Assembly: GCA_042408785.1 (NCBI GenBank)
Contig: JBHOQU010000124.1
Span: 70,482 to 134,481, forward strand
Length of the DNA: 64,000 bases
DNA from: Dehalococcoidia bacterium
GTDB lineage: Bacteria > Chloroflexota > Dehalococcoidia > JAUQQI01
Reading direction: 5' to 3'
The position numbers and the translations under genes were made by a program. This document shows positions 51,000 through 58,766 of the stretch, piece by piece (the stretch's first letter is position 1; every line of letters starts with the position of its first letter). The notes beneath the pieces are model-generated. The model worked only from the letters and a program-made list of their open reading frames with translations. It had not been told where the DNA came from and made no database searches.

Positions 51000-53462
51000 C
51001 TAGCTTACTTCCACCGAAAGGGGCATCTCCCGCAGCCGACCCAGGATGGCCCGGTGCTCCGGCCGGCCAAGGTCCGGGTCCCGGGCCAGCAGCCGGCGGG
51101 CCGCCTCCCGGGCCAGCTCCAGGAGGGAGAGGTCGGAGACCTGGGCCAGCTTCAGGTCGGGCAGGCCGCTCTGCCGGGTGCCGAAGTATTCGCCCGGCCC
51201 CCGCATCTTCAGGTCGGCCTCGGCCAGCTCAAGGCCGTTGTGGGACCGCTCCACCAGCCGGAGCCGCTCGACTGCCTCGGCCGAGGAGTTTTCGGTCAGG
51301 AGCACGCAGTAGGAGTCGGCCTCGCCGCGCCCCACCCGGCCCCGGAGCTGGTGGAGCTGGGCGAGCCCGAACCGCTCGGCCCCCTCAATGACCATCACCG
51401 TGGCGTTGGGGATGTCGATCCCCACCTCCACCACCGGGGTGGCCACCAGGATATCCAGCTCCCGGTCCCGGAAGGCCCGCATCACCCGCTCCTTCTCGGC
51501 CGCCGCCATCCGGCCGTGGAGGAGGCCCACCCGCAGGTCGGGGAAGACCTCGGTGCGCAGCCGCTCGAATTCGGCCTCGGCCGCCTTAACCTGGAGGGCC
51601 TCGGACTCCTCGATGAGGGGGCAGATGACGAAGGCCTGGAAGCCCCGCTCCACCTGCTGGCGGATGAACTGGTAGACCAGGTGGCGGCGCTCCGGCTCGA
51701 TGAGCCTGGTCTTCACCGGCTTCCGGCCGGGGGGAAGCTCGTCGATGATGGAGAGGTCCAGGTCGCCGTAAAGGGTGAGGGCCAGGCTGCGGGGGATCGG
51801 GGTGGCCGTCATCACCAGGACGTGGGGGTTCTCCCCCTTACGCCGGAGGGCGCTGCGCTGGACCACCCCGAACCGGTGCTGTTCGTCCACCACCACCAGA
51901 CCCAGCTTGGAAAAGGCAACGGTTTCCTGGATGAGGGCGTGGGTCCCCACCACGATGGCCACCTCACCGGCCTGGAGAAGCCGGTAAAGCTCCTCCCGCC
52001 GCACCCGGCCGTTGTCCCCGGCCGGCCCCGCCTCGAAAAGGGCGGGCTGGGGCTCGGGCCGGGGCCAGACCCGGGCGAAGCTGGCGGTGAGCAGTCCGAC
52101 CCGCGGCCGCAGGCCCTCGGGCAGGCCCGAAAGGAGGCGCCCCAGGGTGTTGAAATGCTGCTCGGCCAGGATCTCCGTCGGGGCCATCAGGGCGGCCTGG
52201 TGACCGCTCCCCACCGCCATGAGCATGGCCGCCGCCGCCACCACCGTCTTGCCGCTCCCCACGTCCCCCTGGAGCAGCCGGTTCATTGGCCGGTCCCGGG
52301 CCAAGTCGGCCAGCACCTCCCCGAGAACCCGCTCCTGGGCGGCGGTAAGTTTAAAGGGCAGGGCGGCGATAAAGGCGTCCACCAGCTCCCGCCCGCCCTG
52401 AAGGCGGGGGGCCGTGGCTCCCACCTCGGCCTGCCGGCGCCGGGTCAGCACTAGAACCTGGATGTAGAAAAGCTCCTCGAAGGCCAGCCGGCGCCGGGCG
52501 GCGTGGAGGGCGGCGTAATCATCGGGAAAGTGAATCTGCCGCAGGGCCGTGGCCAGGTCCACCAGGTCGAACTCGGCCCGGAGCCAGGCCGGCAGACCAT
52601 CGGGAATAGAATCCAGGCAGAGATCCAGGGCGGCTTTAATCAGGCGGCGCAGGGTTTTGGGGGTGAGCCCCTCGGTGACCCGGTAGACGGGGACCAGCCG
52701 GCCGGTGTGCAGAAGCTCCTCGGCCCCGTCGTAGACCTCGTATTCGGGGGACTCAAAAACCTTGACCCCCCGGAAGTATTCGGTCCGGCCGCTCAGGACC
52801 AAGGTGGTGCCGGTTTTGAGGGTGCGGGCCAGGTAGGGCTGGTTGAACCAGACGACTCGGAGGGTTCCCGTTTCGTCGGCCACCAGGGCCTCGGTGGCCG
52901 GCAGGCCCCGGGCGCCCAGGCGGGTGGCCTGGACGGCGATGAGGCGGCCGATGACGGTGGCCTCCTCGTGGGGCCTGAGCTCGGCGATTTTCCGGACCCG
53001 GCTCCAGTCCTCGTACCGGAAGGGGAAGTGGTAAACCAGGTCCCGGACGGTCCTGATGCCGAGGCGGCCCAGCCGCCGGGCGGTAATCCGGTCCACCCGG
53101 GGCAGGCGGGTGACGGGATCCTCAGGGTCGAGGCTCGCGCCGGCCGGGCGGGGCCGACTCTGGCGGGGGGCGGCCGTGGCTGTCGGGGCAGCCCGGTCGA
53201 GGGCGGCCCGGATGGTGCGGGCCCACTGGCGGGCCTGCTCCAGCCAGAGGACCCGGCTATCCGGGTCGAGGGCGGCGTAGCTTTCCAGTTCAGGGAAGCC
53301 CGTCAGCAGGCTCTGGGCGGCGGCCAGCCGCCGCCAGCTGGCCAGGAACCCGTCGAGGCCGCCCTCGACCGTCTGGTCCCGGCCGCCCCGTTTCAGCTCC
53401 AGCTCGATGATCTGGCAGAACCGGTCGAGAAGCTCTGCCGGACCGCGGGTTTGCGGCGTCAT
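51000..53462 (-). CDS. recG: ATP-dependent DNA helicase RecG (with ~130 aa N-terminal extension)
   Basis: Wedge/OB domain. Helicase motifs GDVGSGKT and DEQHRFGV. C-terminal TRG motif region. Confidence 0.9.
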   Translation of the reverse strand: MTPQTRGPAELLDRFCQIIELELKRGGRDQTVEGGLDGFLASWRRLAAAQSLLTGFPELESYAALDPDSRVLWLEQARQWARTIRAALDRAAPTATAAPRQSRPRPAGASLDPEDPVTRLPRVDRITARRLGRLGIRTVRDLVYHFPFRYEDWSRVRKIAELRPHEEATVIGRLIAVQATRLGARGLPATEALVADETGTLRVVWFNQPYLARTLKTGTTLVLSGRTEYFRGVKVFESPEYEVYDGAEELLHTGRLVPVYRVTEGLTPKTLRRLIKAALDLCLDSIPDGLPAWLRAEFDLVDLATALRQIHFPDDYAALHAARRRLAFEELFYIQVLVLTRRRQAEVGATAPRLQGGRELVDAFIAALPFKLTAAQERVLGEVLADLARDRPMNRLLQGDVGSGKTVVAAAAMLMAVGSGHQAALMAPTEILAEQHFNTLGRLLSGLPEGLRPRVGLLTASFARVWPRPEPQPALFEAGPAGDNGRVRREELYRLLQAGEVAIVVGTHALIQETVAFSKLGLVVVDEQHRFGVVQRSALRRKGENPHVLVMTATPIPRSLALTLYGDLDLSIIDELPPGRKPVKTRLIEPERRHLVYQFIRQQVERGFQAFVICPLIEESEALQVKAAEAEFERLRTEVFPDLRVGLLHGRMAAAEKERVMRAFRDRELDILVATPVVEVGIDIPNATVMVIEGAERFGLAQLHQLRGRVGRGEADSYCVLLTENSSAEAVERLRLVERSHNGLELAEADLKMRGPGEYFGTRQSGLPDLKLAQVSDLSLLELAREAARRLLARDPDLGRPEHRAILGRLREMPLSVEVS

Positions 53463-53501
53463 CCTGCCAGGTTTCAGTCTAACGGCCGGGGAAAACCTGA
53501 G

Positions 53502-53804
53502 TCAAGGGTTGTGCCGGGGGCGGCCGAAGAGGCGGCGGAGGAAGCCCGCCGGGCCGGCATCCGGCGGGGGCGGCGACCGCAGGTCGTAGCCGTGCCGGGC
53601 GGCGGCCTCCCAGAGGGCGCAGGCCAGCAGCCGAAACTCCACCTCCGTCACCTCTCCGTCGGCGTTGAAGGCGTCGGGGCAGGCGGCCTCGAGGGCTTCC
53701 CGGGCCCAGTCGGGGCCGGCGAAGGCGAGCCGGCCGTCGAAGTAGCTTAAGGCGGCCACGACCCGGCCCCGGCCGTCGAAAACCTGAACCCGAAGGGTCG
53801 TCAT
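53502..53804 (-). CDS. Hypothetical small protein (100 aa) translationally coupled to the JAMM gene
   Basis: Balanced composition, unlike the G/P/R-rich overlapping alternatives. Start overlaps the JAMM gene stop by 4 nt. No recognisable family. Confidence 0.4.
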   Translation of the reverse strand: MTTLRVQVFDGRGRVVAALSYFDGRLAFAGPDWAREALEAACPDAFNADGEVTEVEFRLLACALWEAAARHGYDLRSPPPPDAGPAGFLRRLFGRPRHNP

Positions 53805-54253
53805 CGGCCGGCGGCTTCGTCGGGAACGACCTCCACCGGAACCTCTTCAACCCGGCCGTCCCGGATGTAAAAGGCCCGGACCACCGGCCGGTCGGGATCC
53901 TTTAAAGAGATGATGAAGTATAGGGTGTCGGGCCAGTAGGCCAGGCGGATGTCGGTGGCCGAGGGGTAGGCTTCGGTGTGGGTGTGAGAGTGGTAGATGC
54001 CCAGCCACTCCCAGTCGTTTTCCCGGATCTCCTGGTCGATTTTGATAAGTTCCCTCGGGTCGACGCTGTAGCGGTAGGGGCTCTGCTCGACGTTGGTGCA
54101 CCGGTAAAGCTTGACGATTTTCCCGTCCTTCCCGGCCAGTACCCCGCAGCACTCGTTGGGGGCCTCGGCCCGGGCGTGGGCCACCATCGCGTCGGCGTAG
54201 GCCTTCGGCAACCTGAAAGCCATGGTCTTCGGCAGGAAGTTAGAAGTATCCAC
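53801..54253 (-). CDS. JAMM/MPN+ (Mov34) family zinc metalloprotease
   Basis: Complete JAMM motif: E (APNECCG) ... HSHTHTEAYPSATD, which is H-x-H-x7-S-x2-D. Confidence 0.8.
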   Translation of the reverse strand: MDTSNFLPKTMAFRLPKAYADAMVAHARAEAPNECCGVLAGKDGKIVKLYRCTNVEQSPYRYSVDPRELIKIDQEIRENDWEWLGIYHSHTHTEAYPSATDIRLAYWPDTLYFIISLKDPDRPVVRAFYIRDGRVEEVPVEVVPDEAAGR

Positions 54254-54423
54254 GATGTATTTTAACCCAGACCCGAAGCCGGGGCTTTCAAGTTATCCGC
54301 CAAAGTGTCGCCGGTCAGTTGCTGGTTTAGTTGTGGCGACGCACCGCCGTGGGCCACTACGGCAGGCCGGCTTCCGGGCCCCAATGTGGAACCTGGGAGT
54401 CCCCGGACCGGCGCCCGCCGCGC

Positions 54424-54453
54424 TTGACAGCCTAGGTCCCGGCGGCCAATAAT
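54424..54453 (+). promoter_or_regulatory. Putative sigma-A promoter of the cox-like operon (TTGACA-18-AATAAT)
   Basis: TTGACA 54424..54429 and AATAAT 54448..54453, about 50 nt before the coxG RBS (AAAGGAG). Confidence 0.5.
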
Positions 54454-54502
54454 AGACCAGGTTCACGGTCGGCCGGGCGGCCTCGAAAAAGGAGTTTAAG
54501 TC

Positions 54503-54952
54503 ATGCGGGTGGAGAGGCAATACACCTTCGCCGTTGACCAGGAAACCCTCTGGAACCTCATCCTCGACCCCACCGTCATCTCCAAGGTCCTGCCGGGGGT
54601 GCAGAAGCTGGAAGAGGTCGGGCCCGAGGAATACAACCTGACCGCCAGCGTTGGGGTCGGTCCGGTGCGGGGCTCCTTCAGCGGCTACGTCAAGATTGCC
54701 GAGAAAGACCCCCCCAGGAAGTACCGGCTTCAGACCGAGATGCGGGGCGGCCCCGGCTTCGTCCGGGGCGACGGCGAGGTGGAGCTCGTTCCGGCCGACG
54801 GCCAAACCACCCTCATCTTCCGGGGCGATGTGGTTATCGGGGGCATGCTGGCCAGCGTCGGCCAGCGCCTGGTCGAGGCCACGGCCGCCATGCTCATGGA
54901 CCAGGGCTTTAAGGCCCTGGAGGCCGAAATCAATTCCCGGCTGCAAAAATAA
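54503..54952 (+). CDS. coxG: CoxG-family SRPBCC protein (carbon monoxide dehydrogenase subunit G-like)
   Basis: 149 aa SRPBCC/CoxG pattern. First gene of the cox-like operon. Confidence 0.8.
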   Translation: MRVERQYTFAVDQETLWNLILDPTVISKVLPGVQKLEEVGPEEYNLTASVGVGPVRGSFSGYVKIAEKDPPRKYRLQTEMRGGPGFVRGDGEVELVPADGQTTLIFRGDVVIGGMLASVGQRLVEATAAMLMDQGFKALEAEINSRLQK

Positions 54953-54976
54953 CTCGAAAGGGGGTAGCTGAAGGCT

Positions 54977-55471
54977 ATGGCCAGGGTTTCTATTCGCATC
55001 AACGGGGTTGTTCACGAAGCGGATGTGGAGCCGAGGCTTCTCTTGGTCCACTTCATCCGGGAGGTGGCCGGCCTCACCGGCACCAACATCGGGTGCGACA
55101 CCAGCCAGTGTGGGGCCTGCACCGTCATCATGAACGGCCGGGCGGCCAAGTCCTGCACCTTCCTGGCCGTCCAGTGCGACGGAGCCGACATCCTGACCAT
55201 CGAGGGCCTGGCCAAGGACGGCCAGCTTCACCCGATTCAGCAGGCCTTCTGGGAAAAGCACGGCCTCCAGTGCGGCTACTGCACCCCGGGCATGATCATG
55301 ACGGCCTACCACTTCCTCCAGATGAATCCGAACCCCACCGAGGAGCAGATCCGCCACGCCCTGGAGGGCAACATCTGCCGGTGCACCGGCTACCACAATA
55401 TCGTCAAGGCCATCCAGTACGCCGCCGAGCTGATGCGGGGCGGCGCCCCCGCCGCCACCCCGGCCGACTGA
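54977..55471 (+). CDS. coxS: Molybdo-flavoprotein small subunit, [2Fe-2S]-binding (CoxS)
   Basis: Two Fe-S motifs: [11 protein letters not shown] (plant-ferredoxin type) and CGYCTPG...CRCTGY. Confidence 0.9.
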   Translation: MARVSIRINGVVHEADVEPRLLLVHFIREVAGLTGTNIGCDTSQCGACTVIMNGRAAKSCTFLAVQCDGADILTIEGLAKDGQLHPIQQAFWEKHGLQCGYCTPGMIMTAYHFLQMNPNPTEEQIRHALEGNICRCTGYHNIVKAIQYAAELMRGGAPAATPAD

Positions 55472-55508
55472 ACGGGTTTTTCGGGAGCATGCTGCGGAGG
55501 AGGTTAAG

Positions 55509-57866
55509 ATGGTTCAGGCACCCGAACGGCTTCTTGGAGCGGAGATCAAGCGCAAAGAAGACCCCAGGTTCATCACCGGCCAGGGCACCTACGTTGACAA
55601 CTTAAAGTTCGTCGGCACCGTATACCTGGCCATCCTGAGAAGCCCCTATGCACATGCCCGGATAAAGAAAATCGACCTCAGCCGGGCTAAGGCTCACCCC
55701 GGCGTCCTGGCCGTGTTTACGGGGGAGGACCTGCGCCGGGACGGCATCGGGTCGATCCCTGTCGGCTGGCTTCTGCCGGACATAAAGCTGGTGCCCCACT
55801 ACCCCCTGGCGGTGGGCAAGGTCCGCTACGTGGGGGACGGGGTGGCGGCGGTGGTGGCCGCCGACCGCTACACCGCCTACGACGCCCTCAACCTCATCGA
55901 CGTGGAGTACGAGCCCCTGCCGGCCGTGGTCGACCAGGAGGCCGCCACCAGACCGGGTGCCCCCCTGGTCCACGACGAGGCCCCCAACAACATCTGCTTC
56001 AAGTTCGTCCTCGCCGGCGGAAATGTCGACCAGGCCTTCGCCGAGGCCGACGGGGTGGTCCGGCAGCGGATCGTCAACCACCGGGTGAGCGGAAGCTCCG
56101 TGGAGCCCCGGGCGGCCGTGGCCGTCTTCCACCCGGCCACCGGCGAGCTCACCCTTTACAACACCAATCAGAACCCCCACCTGATCCGGCTCCTGCTGGC
56201 CCTGACCATGAACTACCCCGAGCACAAGATCCGGGTCGTCGCCCCGGACGTGGGCGGGGGCTTTGGCACGAAGATTTACCTTTACCCGGACGAGGTGGTG
56301 GCCTGCTACGCCGCGATGAAGCTGGGCCGGCCGGTAAAATGGGTGGAGACCCGCAGCGAGTACCTGCGGGCCACCATCCACGGCCGGGACCACATAACCT
56401 ACTTTGAGGCCGCCTATAAAAAGGACGGCACCATAACCGGCCTGAAGGTGACCACCTACGCCAACCTCGGCGCCTACATCTCCCCCTTCGGGCCCCTCAT
56501 CCCCACGTTTCTGTATGTCCCCATGCTCCACGGGCCCTACAGGCTGCCCAACGTCAGCGCCGAGGTCTACGGGGTATTTACCAACACGACGCCGGCCGAC
56601 GCCACCCGGGGCGCCGGGCGCCCGGAGGCCACCTACCTGCTGGAGCGGATGGTGGACCTGGTCGCCCGGGAGCTGAACATGGACCCGGCCGAGGTCCGGC
56701 GCCGGAACGTGCTGGAGCCCTTCGAGAACTACCAGACGCCCATGGCCTTCGTCTACGACAGCGGCAACTACCCGGCCACCCTGGAACGGGCCCTGGAGGT
56801 GGTCGGCTACCGGCAGCTGCGGGCGGAGCAGCGGCGCCTCCGGGAGCAGGGCCGGTATATCGGCATCGGCCTTTCCACCTACGTGGAGGTGACGGGGGCC
56901 GCCCCGTCCCAGATCGCCGTCTCTTTGGGGGCCCAGGCCGGCCTCTTCGAAAGCGCCATCGTCCGGGTCCACCCCACCGGCAAGGTGACCCTCTTCACCG
57001 GCTCCCACACCCACGGCCAGGGCCATGAGACCACCTTTGCCCAGGCCATCGCCGACCAGTTCGGCATCTCCCTGGACGACGTGGAAGTGGTCCACGGGGA
57101 CACGGACGCCATCCCCTTTGGCCTGGGGACCTACGGCAGCCGGTCGACGCCGGTGGGCCTGACGGCGGCCTACGTGGCCGGGCAGCGTATTCTGGAAAAG
57201 GCGAAGAAGATCGCCGCCCACCTGCTGGAGGCGGCCGAGGCCGATATCGTCTTCGAGGGCGGCCGCTTCTTCGTCCGGGGCGCCCCGGAGCGGGCCGTTA
57301 CTTTCCAGGAGGTGGCCCTTGAGGCCTACGTGCCCCGAAAGATTCCCGCCGATATGGAGCTGGGGCTGGAGGCAAGCGCCTTCTTCAACCCCAGCAACTT
57401 CGTCTTCCCCTTCGGAACCCACGTGGCGGTGGTGGAGGTGGACCCCGAGACGGGACAGGTAAAGCTCCTTAGATATGTTGCCGTCGACGATGTCGGCCGG
57501 GTTATAAACCCGATGGTGGTGGACGGGCAGGTCCACGGCGGGGTGGTCCACGGGCTGGGCCAGGCCCTCTGGGAGCAGGTGGTCTACGACGAGCAAGGCA
57601 ACCTGCTCACCGGCACCTGGCTGGACTACGCCATGCCCAAGGCTGCCGACCTGCCCTTCATCGAGACCGACCGGCTGGTCACCCCGTCCCCCGCCAACCC
57701 CCTGGGGGTGAAGGGGGCGGGTGAGACCGGGACGATTGCGGCCACCCCGGCCGTCGTAAACGCCGTTATCGACGCCCTGGAACCCTTCGGCGTAAGGCAT
57801 ATCGACATGCCCCTGACCCCGGAGCGGGTCTGGCGGGCCATCCGGGCGGCCCAAACCCAACGCTAA
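55509..57866 (+). CDS. coxL: Molybdopterin-binding large subunit, xanthine dehydrogenase/CoxL family, form II-like with variant motif ATRGAGR
   Basis: 785 aa. The active-site loop reads PADATRGAGRPEA; form II consensus is AYRGAGR and form I CO dehydrogenase is AYRCSFR. Confidence 0.85.
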   Translation: MVQAPERLLGAEIKRKEDPRFITGQGTYVDNLKFVGTVYLAILRSPYAHARIKKIDLSRAKAHPGVLAVFTGEDLRRDGIGSIPVGWLLPDIKLVPHYPLAVGKVRYVGDGVAAVVAADRYTAYDALNLIDVEYEPLPAVVDQEAATRPGAPLVHDEAPNNICFKFVLAGGNVDQAFAEADGVVRQRIVNHRVSGSSVEPRAAVAVFHPATGELTLYNTNQNPHLIRLLLALTMNYPEHKIRVVAPDVGGGFGTKIYLYPDEVVACYAAMKLGRPVKWVETRSEYLRATIHGRDHITYFEAAYKKDGTITGLKVTTYANLGAYISPFGPLIPTFLYVPMLHGPYRLPNVSAEVYGVFTNTTPADATRGAGRPEATYLLERMVDLVARELNMDPAEVRRRNVLEPFENYQTPMAFVYDSGNYPATLERALEVVGYRQLRAEQRRLREQGRYIGIGLSTYVEVTGAAPSQIAVSLGAQAGLFESAIVRVHPTGKVTLFTGSHTHGQGHETTFAQAIADQFGISLDDVEVVHGDTDAIPFGLGTYGSRSTPVGLTAAYVAGQRILEKAKKIAAHLLEAAEADIVFEGGRFFVRGAPERAVTFQEVALEAYVPRKIPADMELGLEASAFFNPSNFVFPFGTHVAVVEVDPETGQVKLLRYVAVDDVGRVINPMVVDGQVHGGVVHGLGQALWEQVVYDEQGNLLTGTWLDYAMPKAADLPFIETDRLVTPSPANPLGVKGAGETGTIAATPAVVNAVIDALEPFGVRHIDMPLTPERVWRAIRAAQTQR

Positions 57867-57879
57867 GGAGGTTGGAAGG

Positions 57880-58743
57880 ATGTTTCCGGCCACTTTCGAG
57901 TACTACGCCCCGACAACGCTGGAAGAGGCCCTGGAACTTCTCCGACAGAACCCCGAGGCCAAAATCCTGGCCGGGGGCCACAGCCTCATCCCGGCGCTCA
58001 AGCTCAGGCTGGCCACCCCGCCGGCCCTGGTCGACCTGCGCCGGATTCCGGGCCTTTCGGGCATCCGGCTCGAGGGCGACCACCTGGTCATCGGGGCCAT
58101 GACCACCTACTACGACGTCCAGACCTCGGACCTCGTCCGCCAGCACGTGCCGGTCCTGGCCGAGGCCACCGACCTGGTGGGTGACCTGCAGGTCCGAAAC
58201 TGGGGGACGGTCGGGGGCAGCCTGGCCCACAGCGATCCCGCCGGCGACTACCCGGCCATCATGCTGGCCCTCGGGGCCGAGGTCCGGGCCAGGGGACTCC
58301 AGGGGGAGCGGACCATTCCCATCGACCAGTTCTTTGTGGGGATGTTTACCACCGCCCTCCAGCCCGGGGAGGTCCTCACCGAGGTCCGGGTTCCGGTGAT
58401 GCGGCCGGGGACGGGGGCCGCCTACGTGAAGTTCCCCCACCCGGCCTCCCGCTACGCCGTGGTGGGGGTCTGCGCCCTCGTCACCCGGGAGGACAACGTC
58501 TGCCGCCAGGTCCGGGTCGCCGTCACCGGTGCCACCCTCTACGCCACCCGCGCCACCGTCACCGAGCAGGCCCTGCAGGGTCAGCCCCTCAACCCCGACA
58601 CCATCCGGGCCGCTGCCGAGCGGGCCCCGGAGGGCCTTACCATCGTCGGCGACCGGGTCTTTGCTTCCGAGGAGTACCGGACCCACCTGGTTCGGGTGCT
58701 CGCCCGGCGGGCGCTGACGGCCGCCGTGGATAAGATTCGCTGA
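57880..58743 (+). CDS. coxM: Molybdo-flavoprotein medium subunit, FAD-binding (CoxM)
   Basis: FAD-binding PCMH-type domain (ILAGGHSLIPALKLR) and a CO-dehydrogenase flavoprotein C-terminal domain. Confidence 0.85.
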   Translation: MFPATFEYYAPTTLEEALELLRQNPEAKILAGGHSLIPALKLRLATPPALVDLRRIPGLSGIRLEGDHLVIGAMTTYYDVQTSDLVRQHVPVLAEATDLVGDLQVRNWGTVGGSLAHSDPAGDYPAIMLALGAEVRARGLQGERTIPIDQFFVGMFTTALQPGEVLTEVRVPVMRPGTGAAYVKFPHPASRYAVVGVCALVTREDNVCRQVRVAVTGATLYATRATVTEQALQGQPLNPDTIRAAAERAPEGLTIVGDRVFASEEYRTHLVRVLARRALTAAVDKIR

Positions 58744-58766
58744 ATCGTCGCAAAGGAGGTTGAACC

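Noticed and set aside
53479-53850. Alternative 123 aa ORF overlapping the small JAMM-partner ORF
   Set aside because: Its translation is Arg/Pro/Gly-rich nonsense. The 100 aa frame (53502..53804) has protein-like composition and couples cleanly to the JAMM stop.
53502-54253. ThiS/MoaD/CysO-type sulfur-carrier (GG C-terminus) partner next to the JAMM protease
   Set aside because: Neither flanking small ORF ends in Gly-Gly, and no E1-like (ThiF/MoeB) gene is present in the window. The JAMM gene is therefore reported as an unexplained module rather than a cysteine or thiamine sulfur-transfer system.
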